From Acidobacteriota bacterium (GTDB lineage Bacteria; Acidobacteriota; Thermoanaerobaculia; Multivoradales; UBA5704), in contig JBDTZG010000011.1 in assembly GCA_040005235.1 (NCBI GenBank), positions 57,785 through 121,784 of the forward strand: 64,000 nt of DNA, read 5' to 3'. Made by a program: the position numbers and the translations under genes. The notes under the pieces are model-generated. The model saw nothing but the letters and a program-made list of their open reading frames with translations, ran no database searches and was not told the DNA's origin. Positions within the stretch are counted from its first letter, which is position 1. Each line of letters opens with the position of its first letter. Positions 1-9,390 of the stretch are shown here, one piece after another.

Positions 1-116
1 CGGCGTTTGACGACTGCGCGGCGACGCGCGGCGCAGTGCCGGTCCGGTCGCTGCCGTAACCCGACCGCGACCGATGCGCCACCTGTCCTTCGCGCCGGCT
101 GCGCACACTCGCGGCC

Positions 117-992
117 GTGGCAGAGGATCGCGTCGTTTCCCATCTCCGACCGGTGGCACGGCTCACCGAGGCGCTGTTCTTCCCCTTGGCCGTCCCGGGC
201 GGCAGGGCGCGCGACGGCGCACTGCGCGCGCTGCTCGCCGCGTTCGGCAGGATGCTCGAAGTCGAGGGAGCCGAACGGCTCTCCGCTTCAGGCGCGCCGG
301 TCCTCTTCGCGCTCAACCATGGCAATGCCGCGGAGGCGCTGCTCGCGCCGGCCGCGCTGATCTGGCTCACCGGCGGCCGGCCGGTCCATTTCCTCGCCGA
401 TTGGATGTACCTGGAGCTGCCGTTGATCGGCCGCCTGCTCCGCCTCTCCCAGCCGATCCCCGTGTTCGGCAAGCCGGCTCGCTGGCGTTGGCGGGAAGAG
501 GTCCGCCGCGCGGGGCAGGCCCAGCCGGCGCTCGATCGCGCGCTCGCGCTGCTTGCGCGCGGCGAGAGCGTAGGTATTTTCCCCGAAGGGACGCGCAACG
601 GCGATCCCGACCGCCTCCGTCCGGGGCGCTTGGGTCTGGGCGAGCTGGCTCTCTGTTCCACCTCGACGATCGTGCCGGTTGGGCTCCACTACCCGGCGGC
701 CGCGCGGCTCGGTCGGATTCCCCGTCTCGGCCGGACGATCCTCCGCGTCGGCGAGCCGCTCGACTTCGCCGAGGAGCGGGAGCAGCTCCGCGCCGCAGGA
801 TTCGAGCGATCCGCCCGCCGGGCGCTCGCCCGCGCGGTGGTTTCCCGAACGCTCGCGGCGCTCGCCGAGCTGGCGGAAAAGCGCGTAGCCGACGCCGACG
901 AGCGGCCCGCCCGTCGCCCTCGTTCCGTGACTCCGCGGAAAACCCGCACACCGTTCGATTCCCCATTTCACCCCGGGAGGGACTCCGCATGA
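117..992 (+). CDS. Lysophospholipid/PlsC-family acyltransferase
   Basis: Motifs ALNHGNAAE (HxxxxD-like, with E) and GIFPEGTR; stop overlaps next ATG (ATGA). Confidence 0.85.
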   Translation: MAEDRVVSHLRPVARLTEALFFPLAVPGGRARDGALRALLAAFGRMLEVEGAERLSASGAPVLFALNHGNAAEALLAPAALIWLTGGRPVHFLADWMYLELPLIGRLLRLSQPIPVFGKPARWRWREEVRRAGQAQPALDRALALLARGESVGIFPEGTRNGDPDRLRPGRLGLGELALCSTSTIVPVGLHYPAAARLGRIPRLGRTILRVGEPLDFAEEREQLRAAGFERSARRALARAVVSRTLAALAELAEKRVADADERPARRPRSVTPRKTRTPFDSPFHPGRDSA

Positions 993-1660
993 GAAACCCC
1001 GTTGCGATCGACAAAGTCCTCGACCCCGTTTCCCGAGCCGCCGCGCTCGCGGTGCTCGAACAGGTCTACTGCCAGGAAAAGCGTTGGATCCGCGACGTCG
1101 AGAGCGAAATCCCCGCCGTGTTCGACGAGCTCGACCCCCGATCCTGGTACGTCGCGACGATCGGCGACGAGCCGGCGGGAGCGATCCGCCTGGTGTACGA
1201 CCCCGACCTGGCGCTGCCGGCGGATTACGGGGTCACTCTCGAACCGGGGATCGATCTCGACCGCCTGCGCGCAGCCGGCCGGTTCGTCGACATCGGTCGC
1301 TTCATGATCGTGCCGCGCCACCGCAGGAACGTCCGGATCGCCCTCCAGCTGATGCAGGCGGCGATCGCCGAGGTGGTCGAGCGGGGCTATACCCATTTCC
1401 TCACCGACGTGTTCGAGAGCGATCCGCACTCGCCGCTCGGCTTCCACACCCGGGTGCTCGGCTTCGAGCGGATCGGCACCCACCGCCGTGGGGAGCTCGC
1501 TTGCGAAAGCGTCCGCGTGCTGTTGATCCTCGACATTGCCCGCGCCTACCGCCGGCTGAAAATGCGCGGCAACCGGATCTTCCGCCAGGTCGCCTCCGGG
1601 CTCGACGAAGCGCGTCTCGCGCCCGCGCCTTCCGGCTCCGAAGCCTACGTCTCAGGCTAG
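989..1660 (+). CDS. GNAT-fold N-acyltransferase (FeeM/LuxI-like N-acyl amino acid synthase superfamily)
   Basis: C-terminal part of ORF 74..1660 from ATG 989 (GGGAGG RBS): VYCQEKRW, GAIRLV, FVDIGRFMI, LGFERIG. Confidence 0.7.
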   Translation: MRNPVAIDKVLDPVSRAAALAVLEQVYCQEKRWIRDVESEIPAVFDELDPRSWYVATIGDEPAGAIRLVYDPDLALPADYGVTLEPGIDLDRLRAAGRFVDIGRFMIVPRHRRNVRIALQLMQAAIAEVVERGYTHFLTDVFESDPHSPLGFHTRVLGFERIGTHRRGELACESVRVLLILDIARAYRRLKMRGNRIFRQVASGLDEARLAPAPSGSEAYVSG

Positions 1661-1738
1661 AAACCCTTTTGAAAGCTCGCCGCCTCGTCGATCTCCCGTC
1701 ACGCCCGCGCCATCGGCGCCTGCCATCCTGATCGGCGT

Positions 1739-2317
1739 ATGAACGCGAAGCCGCTCCTCCACTCTCTTTCCGAGCCGCTGCCCGCAACCGGGATTCGCAC
1801 CCTGCGCGCCCGGCTCGATCGGTGGGATCGCCATCTGCTCCTCGGCGTCTGCCGTTTTCATTCGCGGCTGGCGACGCGGATCCTTTCCGCTCTCACCCGC
1901 CTCGGCGATCCGGCCAGCTGGATGGTCGTCTGCCTAGTGCTCGCGGGCTCGGGCGCCGAGGGTCGAAAGAGCGCCGCTCTTCTTGCGGAAGCGGCGATCG
2001 GCGCCCTTGCCCTCTCGCAGATTTTGAAGCGGCTGTGGAACCGGCCGCGTCCGGCGGCCTCGGGGCTCCAAGGGTTCTCGGCCCTGATCGAAAGCCCGGA
2101 CGCCTTTTCCTTTCCCTCCGGTCACACCGCCGTGGCGTTCGCGATCGCCGTGGCGCTCGCCGGAGCCGGCCAGGGGCTCGGCGCGCTGATGCTCGGCCTC
2201 GCCCCGGCTATCGCCATCTCCCGGGTCTATCTCGGCGCCCACTACCCGCTCGACGTCCTCGCGGGCTCTCTGGTCGGAACGGGAGTCGGGTTGGTCGTGC
2301 GGGCGCTCGCGGGCTGA
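1739..2317 (+). CDS. PAP2-family membrane phosphatase
   Basis: KxxxxRPRP, SFPSGH, SRVYLGAHYPLDV motifs. Confidence 0.92.
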   Translation: MNAKPLLHSLSEPLPATGIRTLRARLDRWDRHLLLGVCRFHSRLATRILSALTRLGDPASWMVVCLVLAGSGAEGRKSAALLAEAAIGALALSQILKRLWNRPRPAASGLQGFSALIESPDAFSFPSGHTAVAFAIAVALAGAGQGLGALMLGLAPAIAISRVYLGAHYPLDVLAGSLVGTGVGLVVRALAG

Positions 2318-2361
2318 GGCGCTCGAAGGCCGGAGACTCTGGTCGTTGGAGATCTGGACAG

Positions 2362-3564
2362 CTAGCGTTCGAACGAGAACGTCTCGGCGTTCGGATGATC
2401 CCTTCCCGCCACCTTCGCGGTGAGGATCTCCGCTGCGATTGCGCTGTAGGTGATTCCGTTGCCGCCGAAGCCGAGCGCAAAAAGGATGCGCGGATCGGCT
2501 TTCGGGTGGGCGCCTATGTAGGCCAAGCCGTCTTCGGTCTCGGCAAAGGTGCCCGCCCAGGAGTAGGCAGGCTTCATCGGGATGGCCGGAAACATTTTGC
2601 GCGCCTGTTCGAACAGTTTCGCCGCGGTTTTCGGCACCAGGGCGTCACGGAGCGCCGGGTTGCGAAACCGCCGGTCCATTCCTCCGATCAGCACGCGGTC
2701 GTCCCCGGTCGTTCGCAGGTAGAAGTAGGGTCGCGCCGATTCCCAGATCAAGCAGCGCTCGGGCCAGCCGGGAAAGGACTCGACCGGCTCGGTCACCAGC
2801 GCATACGTACTATGGAGGCGAGAAACCTTTCTCGGCAGGAAACGGTCCGCTTCATAGCCGGTCGCCACGACCAGGTGTTTGGTCCGGATGCGACCGCGAT
2901 TCGTGGCGACCTCAAGGGCGCCTTTCCTCGCGATCACGCCCGAGGCTTCGGTGCGGCCGTAGAGAGCGAAATCGCGACCGGCGCTCCTGGCGAGAAGCGC
3001 TTTCGCCAGGCGCCAGGGATCGACTTCCGCCGCGGCGGAGCTCCAAAGGGCTCCGGGGACGTCGAAGCCAAGGCGTCGGACTTCTTCGGCGTTCAAGAAT
3101 TCGCAGGGCAAGCCGGCGTCGCGGCGGGCCTCGGCTTCTCTCTGCAACGAACGAACGTGACGGCGGCGAGAGGCAAGGTAGAGGCTGGGCCTGCGTTTGA
3201 ACTGGAGACGTTCGGCTCCCAACTCTCCCGCCAGGCGGCCGATCGTTTCGACGCCGTCGAGGCACGCCCGATACGCCGCGACGGCCCGCGGCCGGCCGAG
3301 GGTTTCGATCAGATCCGCGAGATGGCGGTCGATTTCATATTGCAACAGGGCGGTCGAAGCCGAGGTCGATCCCTCGCAGGGGTGACGCCGGTCGATGACC
3401 AGAACCGACAGACCCGCGGCGGTCATCGCGTCGGCGATCAACGCGCCGGTAATGCCAGCCCCGATGATCAGGACATCGCAACCGGCATCGCCCGGCAGCT
3501 GCGGCGGAACGTCGCCGATGCCGTTCTTCAGCAGCCAGAAGGCGTGAGGAGAGGTTAGATTCAA
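2362..3564 (-). CDS. FAD-dependent oxidoreductase (DAO/glycine oxidase-like)
   Basis: DVLIIGAGITG dinucleotide fold, GSTSASTALLQYEID, GFGGNGITYS. Confidence 0.88.
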   Translation of the reverse strand: MNLTSPHAFWLLKNGIGDVPPQLPGDAGCDVLIIGAGITGALIADAMTAAGLSVLVIDRRHPCEGSTSASTALLQYEIDRHLADLIETLGRPRAVAAYRACLDGVETIGRLAGELGAERLQFKRRPSLYLASRRRHVRSLQREAEARRDAGLPCEFLNAEEVRRLGFDVPGALWSSAAAEVDPWRLAKALLARSAGRDFALYGRTEASGVIARKGALEVATNRGRIRTKHLVVATGYEADRFLPRKVSRLHSTYALVTEPVESFPGWPERCLIWESARPYFYLRTTGDDRVLIGGMDRRFRNPALRDALVPKTAAKLFEQARKMFPAIPMKPAYSWAGTFAETEDGLAYIGAHPKADPRILFALGFGGNGITYSAIAAEILTAKVAGRDHPNAETFSFER

Positions 3565-3752
3565 AAGTCGCTCGGTCTATAGAGGCTTTAAGAGACGGCG
3601 TACCACGGCGGAAAAAAGAGACGCCCTGACGGCTCACCGGGGAGTACGGTTTTGACGTAGGACGTCTCGCCCTGCTCTGGACTCTTAAGTCTCGGCCGGT
3701 CTAACTGGACTCGGCCGACGGGTGGTCGTCGTGCTTGCGGCTCGAACGGGGC

Positions 3753-4283
3753 TTACTTACCCTTGGCTCCCGTTTTTGCCGCAAGGTCCTGCGCCATTTT
3801 CAGGTGCTCCTTGAGAGTCGGCAGGGTCGAGGCGGCGAATTTCTTGATGTCCGCGTCTTTGGCGTCCACGCTCTCGGTCTGGAATTCGGCGACGTCCTTC
3901 ACGTGATCTTCCGCCATGTGCTTCATGTACTGGCGGTCGAAATCCGCGGCGGACAGGCCCGCCAACTTTTCTTTCATCGACTTCTGCTCGGGGTTGATGT
4001 GACCCGGAAGCTTGAAGGACTTCGAGTTGGCGAGCGCCTTCAGGCGTTCGTTGGCCTTGCCGTGATCGTCGATCATCCTCTGACCAAATGCTTTTACATC
4101 CGGGCTCGACGCCTTTTCGACCGCCAGATGGCCCATCGCCACTTCGGCCATACCACCTTGCGCAGCTGCGCGAAGAAACTTCTGGTCGTCGGCCATCAGG
4201 CCGCTCTTGGCGAACGCTGCACCGGTGAGAACCACAGCCGCCCCGAGGGCGGTCATGATCATTTTCTGAGCTCGATTTCGCAT
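3753..4283 (-). CDS. DUF4142 secreted general-stress protein
   Basis: Signal peptide; DQKFLRAAAQGGMAEV, VKAFGQRMIDDHGKAN, LPTLKEHL; AAGGAGG RBS. Confidence 0.9.
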   Translation of the reverse strand: MRNRAQKMIMTALGAAVVLTGAAFAKSGLMADDQKFLRAAAQGGMAEVAMGHLAVEKASSPDVKAFGQRMIDDHGKANERLKALANSKSFKLPGHINPEQKSMKEKLAGLSAADFDRQYMKHMAEDHVKDVAEFQTESVDAKDADIKKFAASTLPTLKEHLKMAQDLAAKTGAKGK

Positions 4284-4316
4284 GGATGACTTGCCTCCTT
4301 AGGAATCCCGGAAACC

Positions 4317-4331
4317 GCAAGAAGAATGCCA
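4317..4331 (-). promoter_or_regulatory. Putative sigma54 (-24/-12) promoter for DUF4142 gene
   Basis: Minus strand TGGCATTCTTCTTGC = GG-N10-GC, close to the TGGCAC-N5-TTGC consensus. Confidence 0.65.
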
Positions 4332-4459
4332 TCGCGAGAGGGGTGAGGAGCGGGCCTCTTCCTCGGAAGATCCTGCGGCGGCGGCGGGACCCTCTCGGCA
4401 GGAAATTCCAGGGCCCCGGCAAGGGTCGATGCAGCGGGTCTCGTCCACAGTCGGCCGAT

Positions 4460-4475
4460 CGGCATGAAGGGTGCA
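4460..4475 (+). promoter_or_regulatory. Putative sigma54 promoter for ligD
   Basis: CGGCATGAAGGGTGCA = GG-N10-GC, about 45 bp upstream of the ligD ATG. Confidence 0.5.
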
Positions 4476-4519
4476 GTCGCCCCCCGTGGATTGTTGCGGA
4501 TTGTTAAGGAGGCGTGCGC

Positions 4520-7222
4520 ATGGCACTGGAGGAGTATCGCCGCAAGCGTCGATTCGATCGAACGCCGGAGCCCGGTGGAAAAGTCGGCTCTAAGACTCAA
4601 GCGCAAGCGGGGCGATTCGTGATTCAGAAGCACGACGCCACCCGGCTGCACTACGACTTCCGCCTCGAAAGCGACGGCGTGCTCAAGAGCTGGGCGGTGC
4701 CGAAAGGTCCATCGCTCGATCCCACGGAGCGCCGGCTGGCGGTCGAGGTGGAGGATCACCCGCTCGAATACGGCTCGTTTGAAGGCATCATTCCCGAGGG
4801 CGAATACGGCGGCGGCACGGTCGAAGTCTGGGATGAGGGCCGCTGGCAGCCGAGGGGAGATCCGGCCGAAGGGTTTCGCAAAGGGCATCTCAAGTTCCAG
4901 CTCGACGGCGAGAAGCTTCAAGGCGGCTGGAACTTGGTGCGCCTCAAAGGCGACGAGAAGAAACCCAACTGGCTGCTGATCAAGGAAAACGACGCGACGG
5001 CCCGGCCGCACGCCGAAGGCGACATTTTGGAGGAGCGGCCGGAGAGCGTCGCGAGCGGCCGGACGCTCGACCAGATCGCGAAGGACCCGAAGAAGGTCTG
5101 GAGCTCCAAGGGCAAAGCCGAATCGGTCAAAGCGCCGGTCAAAGCCCCGGCCCCCGCTCCGGCCCCAAAGAAGGCCCCGAAAGAATCCTCGAAAGAGCGG
5201 GCTCGCCGAGGCAAGCTGCCTCCGGCCGTCTCGCCGCAGCTCGCGACACTTGTCGCCGAGCCGCCCGAGGGAGAAGGCTGGTTGTTCGAGATCAAGCTCG
5301 ACGGGTACCGCATCCTGGCCGCGGCGGGCGGCGGGAAGGTGCAATTGACCTCGCGCAACGGCAAAGATTGGACCGATCGTTTTCCCACGATCGCCGAAGC
5401 GGTCGGTCGCCTGGACGCCGAGTCCGTCCTGCTCGACGGCGAGGTGGTCGCCCTCGACGACGAAGGGCGCTCGTCGTTTCAACGGCTGCAGAACGCCCTG
5501 AGGGCCGACCGCACGGCGAACCTGGCCTATTTCGTCTTCGACCTGTTGCATCTGAACGGCAAGGATCTGACCGGGCGGCCGCTCGTCGAACGCAAGGAAG
5601 CCCTGCGCGGGCTGTTGACGTCGGCCGGCGAGGAGACCCTCCGCTACAACGATCACGTCGAAGAAAAAGGCGCGGCGTTCTTCAAGCAGGCGTGCGACCT
5701 CGGGATCGAAGGCATCGTGGCGAAACAGGGCGAGGCGCCGTATCGAACCGGACGGGGCGCGGGCTGGCTCAAGATCAAATGCCTCGGCCGTCAAGAGGTG
5801 GTGATCGGCGGATTCACCGCCCCCAAGGGCTCGCGATCCGATCTAGGGGCGCTGCTGGTCGGCACCTATCGCGAAAAGGAGCTCCAATTCGCCGGCAAGG
5901 TAGGGACCGGTTTCAATGACGAAACGCTCGCCGACCTGGCCCGACGCCTGAAGCCGTTGATCCGGAAGACCTCCCCCTTCGTCGACCCGCCCAAGGGAGC
6001 CGAAGCGCGCGAGGTCACCTGGGTCGATCCCAAACTGGTGGCCGAGGTGGCTTTCACCGAATGGACCGACGACGGACGGATGAGACATCCCTCGTTCCAG
6101 GGCCTGCGAGAAGACAAGACGGCCGCCGAGGTCAAGCGGGAGGTGGAGTCGCCGGTCCCGACTCCTGGCAACGCCGCGAAAAAGGCCCCGGCAAAACCCG
6201 CTGCGAAGACCGCTGAGAAACCCGCGGCAAAATCCGTGGCGAAACCCCCGGCGGCCAAGACTCCTGGGGCCAAGGCGCCTGCGAAGAAGACCGCCCCGGC
6301 CCCCAAGCCGGCTCCCGTTTTGGCGAAGGGCGACGCCGACGTGGCCGGAGTCCGTTTGAGTCATCCGGATCGCGTGCTCTACCCGGAGCAGGGGGTGACC
6401 AAGCTCGATCTCGCCCGGTACTACCAGGCGGTCGAGGAGTGGATTCTTCCCCACGTCGCCAAGCGCCCCCTGACGCTCGTTCGCTGTCCCGAGGGCCGCA
6501 AGAAGGCGTGCTTTTACCAGAAGCATTTCCGCGACGGGATGCCGAGCTCGATCCGCTCCGTGCCGATCCACGAAGAGGGAGGCGCCAAGGAGCCGTACCT
6601 CTACGTCGACGATCTGGCCGGCCTCGTCGGCCTGGTCCAGTTCGGTGTCCTGGAACTGCACGGCTGGGGCGCCTTGATCGACGACGTCGAGCGCCCGGAC
6701 CGCCTGGTCTTCGATCTCGACCCCGACCCTGCGGTCGCTTGGGCGCAGGTGGTCGAAACGGCGGAGCTGGTGCGCGGCGGCCTTTCCGACCTGGGCCTCG
6801 AAACGTTCGTCCAGACCACTGGTGGCAAGGGTCTCCACGTCGTGGCGCCGCTCCAGCGCGGCCGGCCCTGGGCGGAGGTGAAGGATTTCGCCCAAGCCTT
6901 CGCGGAGCGGCTGGTCGGCATCGCCCCCGACCGCTTCGTCAGCAAGGCTTCGAAAGCGGCCCGGACGGGGAAGATCTTCACCGACTGGCTGCGCAACGCG
7001 CGCGGCGCCACGGCGATTGCTCCCTACTCCAGCCGGGCCCGCGAGGGAGCCACGGTCGCGACACCGCTTAGGTGGAACGAGCTGAAGAAGGTATCCCCGG
7101 GCGACTTCACGGTTGCCACGGTCCCGGGCCGCCTCGCTAAGCTCAAGAAGGACCCGTGGGAAGGATTCTGGAAAACCCGCCAGACGATCCGGGCGGAGGC
7201 GTTGCGCGCGCTGGGCTTGTAG
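4520..7222 (+). CDS. ligD: NHEJ DNA ligase D (phosphoesterase-ligase-polymerase)
   Basis: PE domain FVIQKHDATRLHYDFRLE/SWAVPKGPS; ligase EIKLDGYR, EGIVAK; polymerase PDRLVFDLDP, TTGGKGLHV; K/P/A-rich linkers. Confidence 0.97.
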   Translation: MALEEYRRKRRFDRTPEPGGKVGSKTQAQAGRFVIQKHDATRLHYDFRLESDGVLKSWAVPKGPSLDPTERRLAVEVEDHPLEYGSFEGIIPEGEYGGGTVEVWDEGRWQPRGDPAEGFRKGHLKFQLDGEKLQGGWNLVRLKGDEKKPNWLLIKENDATARPHAEGDILEERPESVASGRTLDQIAKDPKKVWSSKGKAESVKAPVKAPAPAPAPKKAPKESSKERARRGKLPPAVSPQLATLVAEPPEGEGWLFEIKLDGYRILAAAGGGKVQLTSRNGKDWTDRFPTIAEAVGRLDAESVLLDGEVVALDDEGRSSFQRLQNALRADRTANLAYFVFDLLHLNGKDLTGRPLVERKEALRGLLTSAGEETLRYNDHVEEKGAAFFKQACDLGIEGIVAKQGEAPYRTGRGAGWLKIKCLGRQEVVIGGFTAPKGSRSDLGALLVGTYREKELQFAGKVGTGFNDETLADLARRLKPLIRKTSPFVDPPKGAEAREVTWVDPKLVAEVAFTEWTDDGRMRHPSFQGLREDKTAAEVKREVESPVPTPGNAAKKAPAKPAAKTAEKPAAKSVAKPPAAKTPGAKAPAKKTAPAPKPAPVLAKGDADVAGVRLSHPDRVLYPEQGVTKLDLARYYQAVEEWILPHVAKRPLTLVRCPEGRKKACFYQKHFRDGMPSSIRSVPIHEEGGAKEPYLYVDDLAGLVGLVQFGVLELHGWGALIDDVERPDRLVFDLDPDPAVAWAQVVETAELVRGGLSDLGLETFVQTTGGKGLHVVAPLQRGRPWAEVKDFAQAFAERLVGIAPDRFVSKASKAARTGKIFTDWLRNARGATAIAPYSSRAREGATVATPLRWNELKKVSPGDFTVATVPGRLAKLKKDPWEGFWKTRQTIRAEALRALGL

Positions 7223-7257
7223 CGGATTCGCCTGTCAAATCCGATGCTGCTTGACGG

Positions 7258-8934
7258 TCAGTGCTTCGCCTCAGTAGCCTCAACAGTCCCGTCGCCCGCG
7301 AGGGCTTGGTCCACGATCTCCTGCGCTTCCTCAAGAATGCGGCGCAGGTGATCCGGCCCACGAAAGCTTTCCGCGTAAATCTTGTAGATGTCTTCGGTGC
7401 CCGAAGGTCGCGCGGCGAACCAGCCGCCGTCCGCTACGACTTTCACCCCGCCGATCGGCGCATCGTTGCCAGGGGCACGGCTGAGAACGCTTCGGATCGT
7501 CTCGCCGGCGAGCTGGGTGCAGCTCAGCTGTTCCGGCGAGAGGGCGGCCAGGCGCCGCTTCTGGTCGGGATTGGCGGGCGCCTCGATCCGGTCGAAGAAC
7601 GGTTCGCCAAGCTCGTGCGTCAGCTCGACGTAGATCTCGCCGGGATCGCGTCCCGCGCGGGCGGTGATCTCCGCCGCCAACAGCGCCAGGACGATGCCAT
7701 CCTTTTCCGTCGTCCAGACCGTGCCGTCGCGGCGCAGGAACGATGCCCCCGCGCTCTCTTCGCCGCCGAAGCCGAGCGATCCGTCGAACAGACCGTCGAC
7801 GAACCATTTGAATCCGACCGGGACCTCGTAGAGCTTGCGGTGTAATTTCGCGGTCACCCGATCGATCAACCCGCTGCTCACCACGGTCTTGCCCACCGCC
7901 GCGTGCTCGGGCCATTGCGACCGATGCGAAAAAAGGTGATCGATTGCGACCGAGAGGTAATGATTGGGCGGCAGCAGCCCTGCGCTTCGGGTGACGATCC
8001 CATGCCGGTCGTGGTCCGTGTCGCAAGCGAAGGCGACATCGAAGCGATCTTTCAGCTCGATCAATGGTTGCATCGCGTAGGCCGACGACGGGTCCATTCG
8101 AATACGTCCGTCCCAATCCACCGCCATGAAGCCGAACGTCGGATCGACGGTCTCGCGGACCACCGTGAGGTCAAGTCCGTAACGCTCGGCGATCGGAGCC
8201 CAATAGTGGACTCCCGCCCCGCCCAGCGGATCGACGCCCAGCCGCAGGCTCGCGCCGCGGATCGCCTCCATATCGACGACCCCGCCGAGATCGTCCACAT
8301 AAGGGTGAAGAAAGTCGTGGCGATGAGTCGTCGCGGCGCGGAGCGCGCGCTCGATGGGTATTCGCTTCACGCCCTCAAGGCGACGCTCTAGAAACTCGTT
8401 GGCCCGCGCCTCGATCCAGCGGGTGACCTCGGCTTCCGCCGGCCCCCCGTTCGGCGGGTTGTACTTGAACCCTCCGTCCTCCGGCGGATTGTGCGAAGGC
8501 GTGACGACGATGCCGTCCGCCCAACCGGTGGTCCGCCCCCGGTTGTAAGCGAGGATCGCATGGGAGACCACGGGAGTCGGCGTGTACTCGTCGTCCTTGG
8601 CCAGCATGACATCCACGCCGTTGGCGGCCAGCACCTCCAGCGCACTCTGGCCGGCCGGCAAGGACAACGCATGCGTGTCGAGCCCAAGAAACAACGGCCC
8701 GTCGATCGCATGCTGCGCACGGTAAAGGCATATCGCCTGAGCGATCGCCAGGACGTGCCATTCGTTGAAGGTTCCGAGGTACGACGAGCCCCGATGCCCC
8801 GAGGTGCCGAACGCGACGCGCTGAGCGGCAATCGCGGCATCGGGCACCTCGGTGTAATAGGCATCGACGAGCCGGGGCACGTCGACCCACATCGCGGCCG
8901 GAGCCGGCTTGCCGGCGAGAGGACTGATTTTCAT
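7258..8934 (-). CDS. pgm: Phosphoglucomutase
   Basis: [35 protein letters not shown]. Confidence 0.96.
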   Translation of the reverse strand: MKISPLAGKPAPAAMWVDVPRLVDAYYTEVPDAAIAAQRVAFGTSGHRGSSYLGTFNEWHVLAIAQAICLYRAQHAIDGPLFLGLDTHALSLPAGQSALEVLAANGVDVMLAKDDEYTPTPVVSHAILAYNRGRTTGWADGIVVTPSHNPPEDGGFKYNPPNGGPAEAEVTRWIEARANEFLERRLEGVKRIPIERALRAATTHRHDFLHPYVDDLGGVVDMEAIRGASLRLGVDPLGGAGVHYWAPIAERYGLDLTVVRETVDPTFGFMAVDWDGRIRMDPSSAYAMQPLIELKDRFDVAFACDTDHDRHGIVTRSAGLLPPNHYLSVAIDHLFSHRSQWPEHAAVGKTVVSSGLIDRVTAKLHRKLYEVPVGFKWFVDGLFDGSLGFGGEESAGASFLRRDGTVWTTEKDGIVLALLAAEITARAGRDPGEIYVELTHELGEPFFDRIEAPANPDQKRRLAALSPEQLSCTQLAGETIRSVLSRAPGNDAPIGGVKVVADGGWFAARPSGTEDIYKIYAESFRGPDHLRRILEEAQEIVDQALAGDGTVEATEAKH

Positions 8935-8982
8935 TGCGCCTGTGGCTGGAACCGGCCGGTCGAGTCTCGATCGGCCGCGGAT

Positions 8983-9243
8983 CTACGCCGACAACTGTTT
9001 GACGATCTTGTCCCAGGTGTCGGCATGCACCGCTTTACGCGTCAGAACATTGCCCAGCGACCCGGTGTCGTCGTTGGCGCTCTGAACGCCTTGGTCGAGG
9101 TTCTCCAAGTCCAGGTATTCCTCTCCGTACGCGAGGCTCGCGGCCGTTTCCGCGGTACTGACGCTCGCCACCTCGTCGTCGGAGAGCAGCTTCAGGATCG
9201 CTTCGCGGGTGATGTATGCGGCCTTTAGATCGGTGTCGCTCAT
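8983..9243 (-). CDS. Small conserved hypothetical protein
   Basis: Compact acidic ORF (TREAILKLLSDDEVASVSTAE) in the xfp-pgm run. Confidence 0.7.
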   Translation of the reverse strand: MSDTDLKAAYITREAILKLLSDDEVASVSTAETAASLAYGEEYLDLENLDQGVQSANDDTGSLGNVLTRKAVHADTWDKIVKQLSA

Positions 9244-9390
9244 GTCGGTCTCCAATCGGTCTAGCGTTCAGAGGCCTTCGGCGCAAGAACAGTGCCACCG
9301 CGATGGGTCGGCGGCCAGCTCACCGCCGGAAGATCGTGCGGCCGAAGGGGGAGGAGCTGCGGCAGGAAGTGCGATCCAGGATCGGCGATC

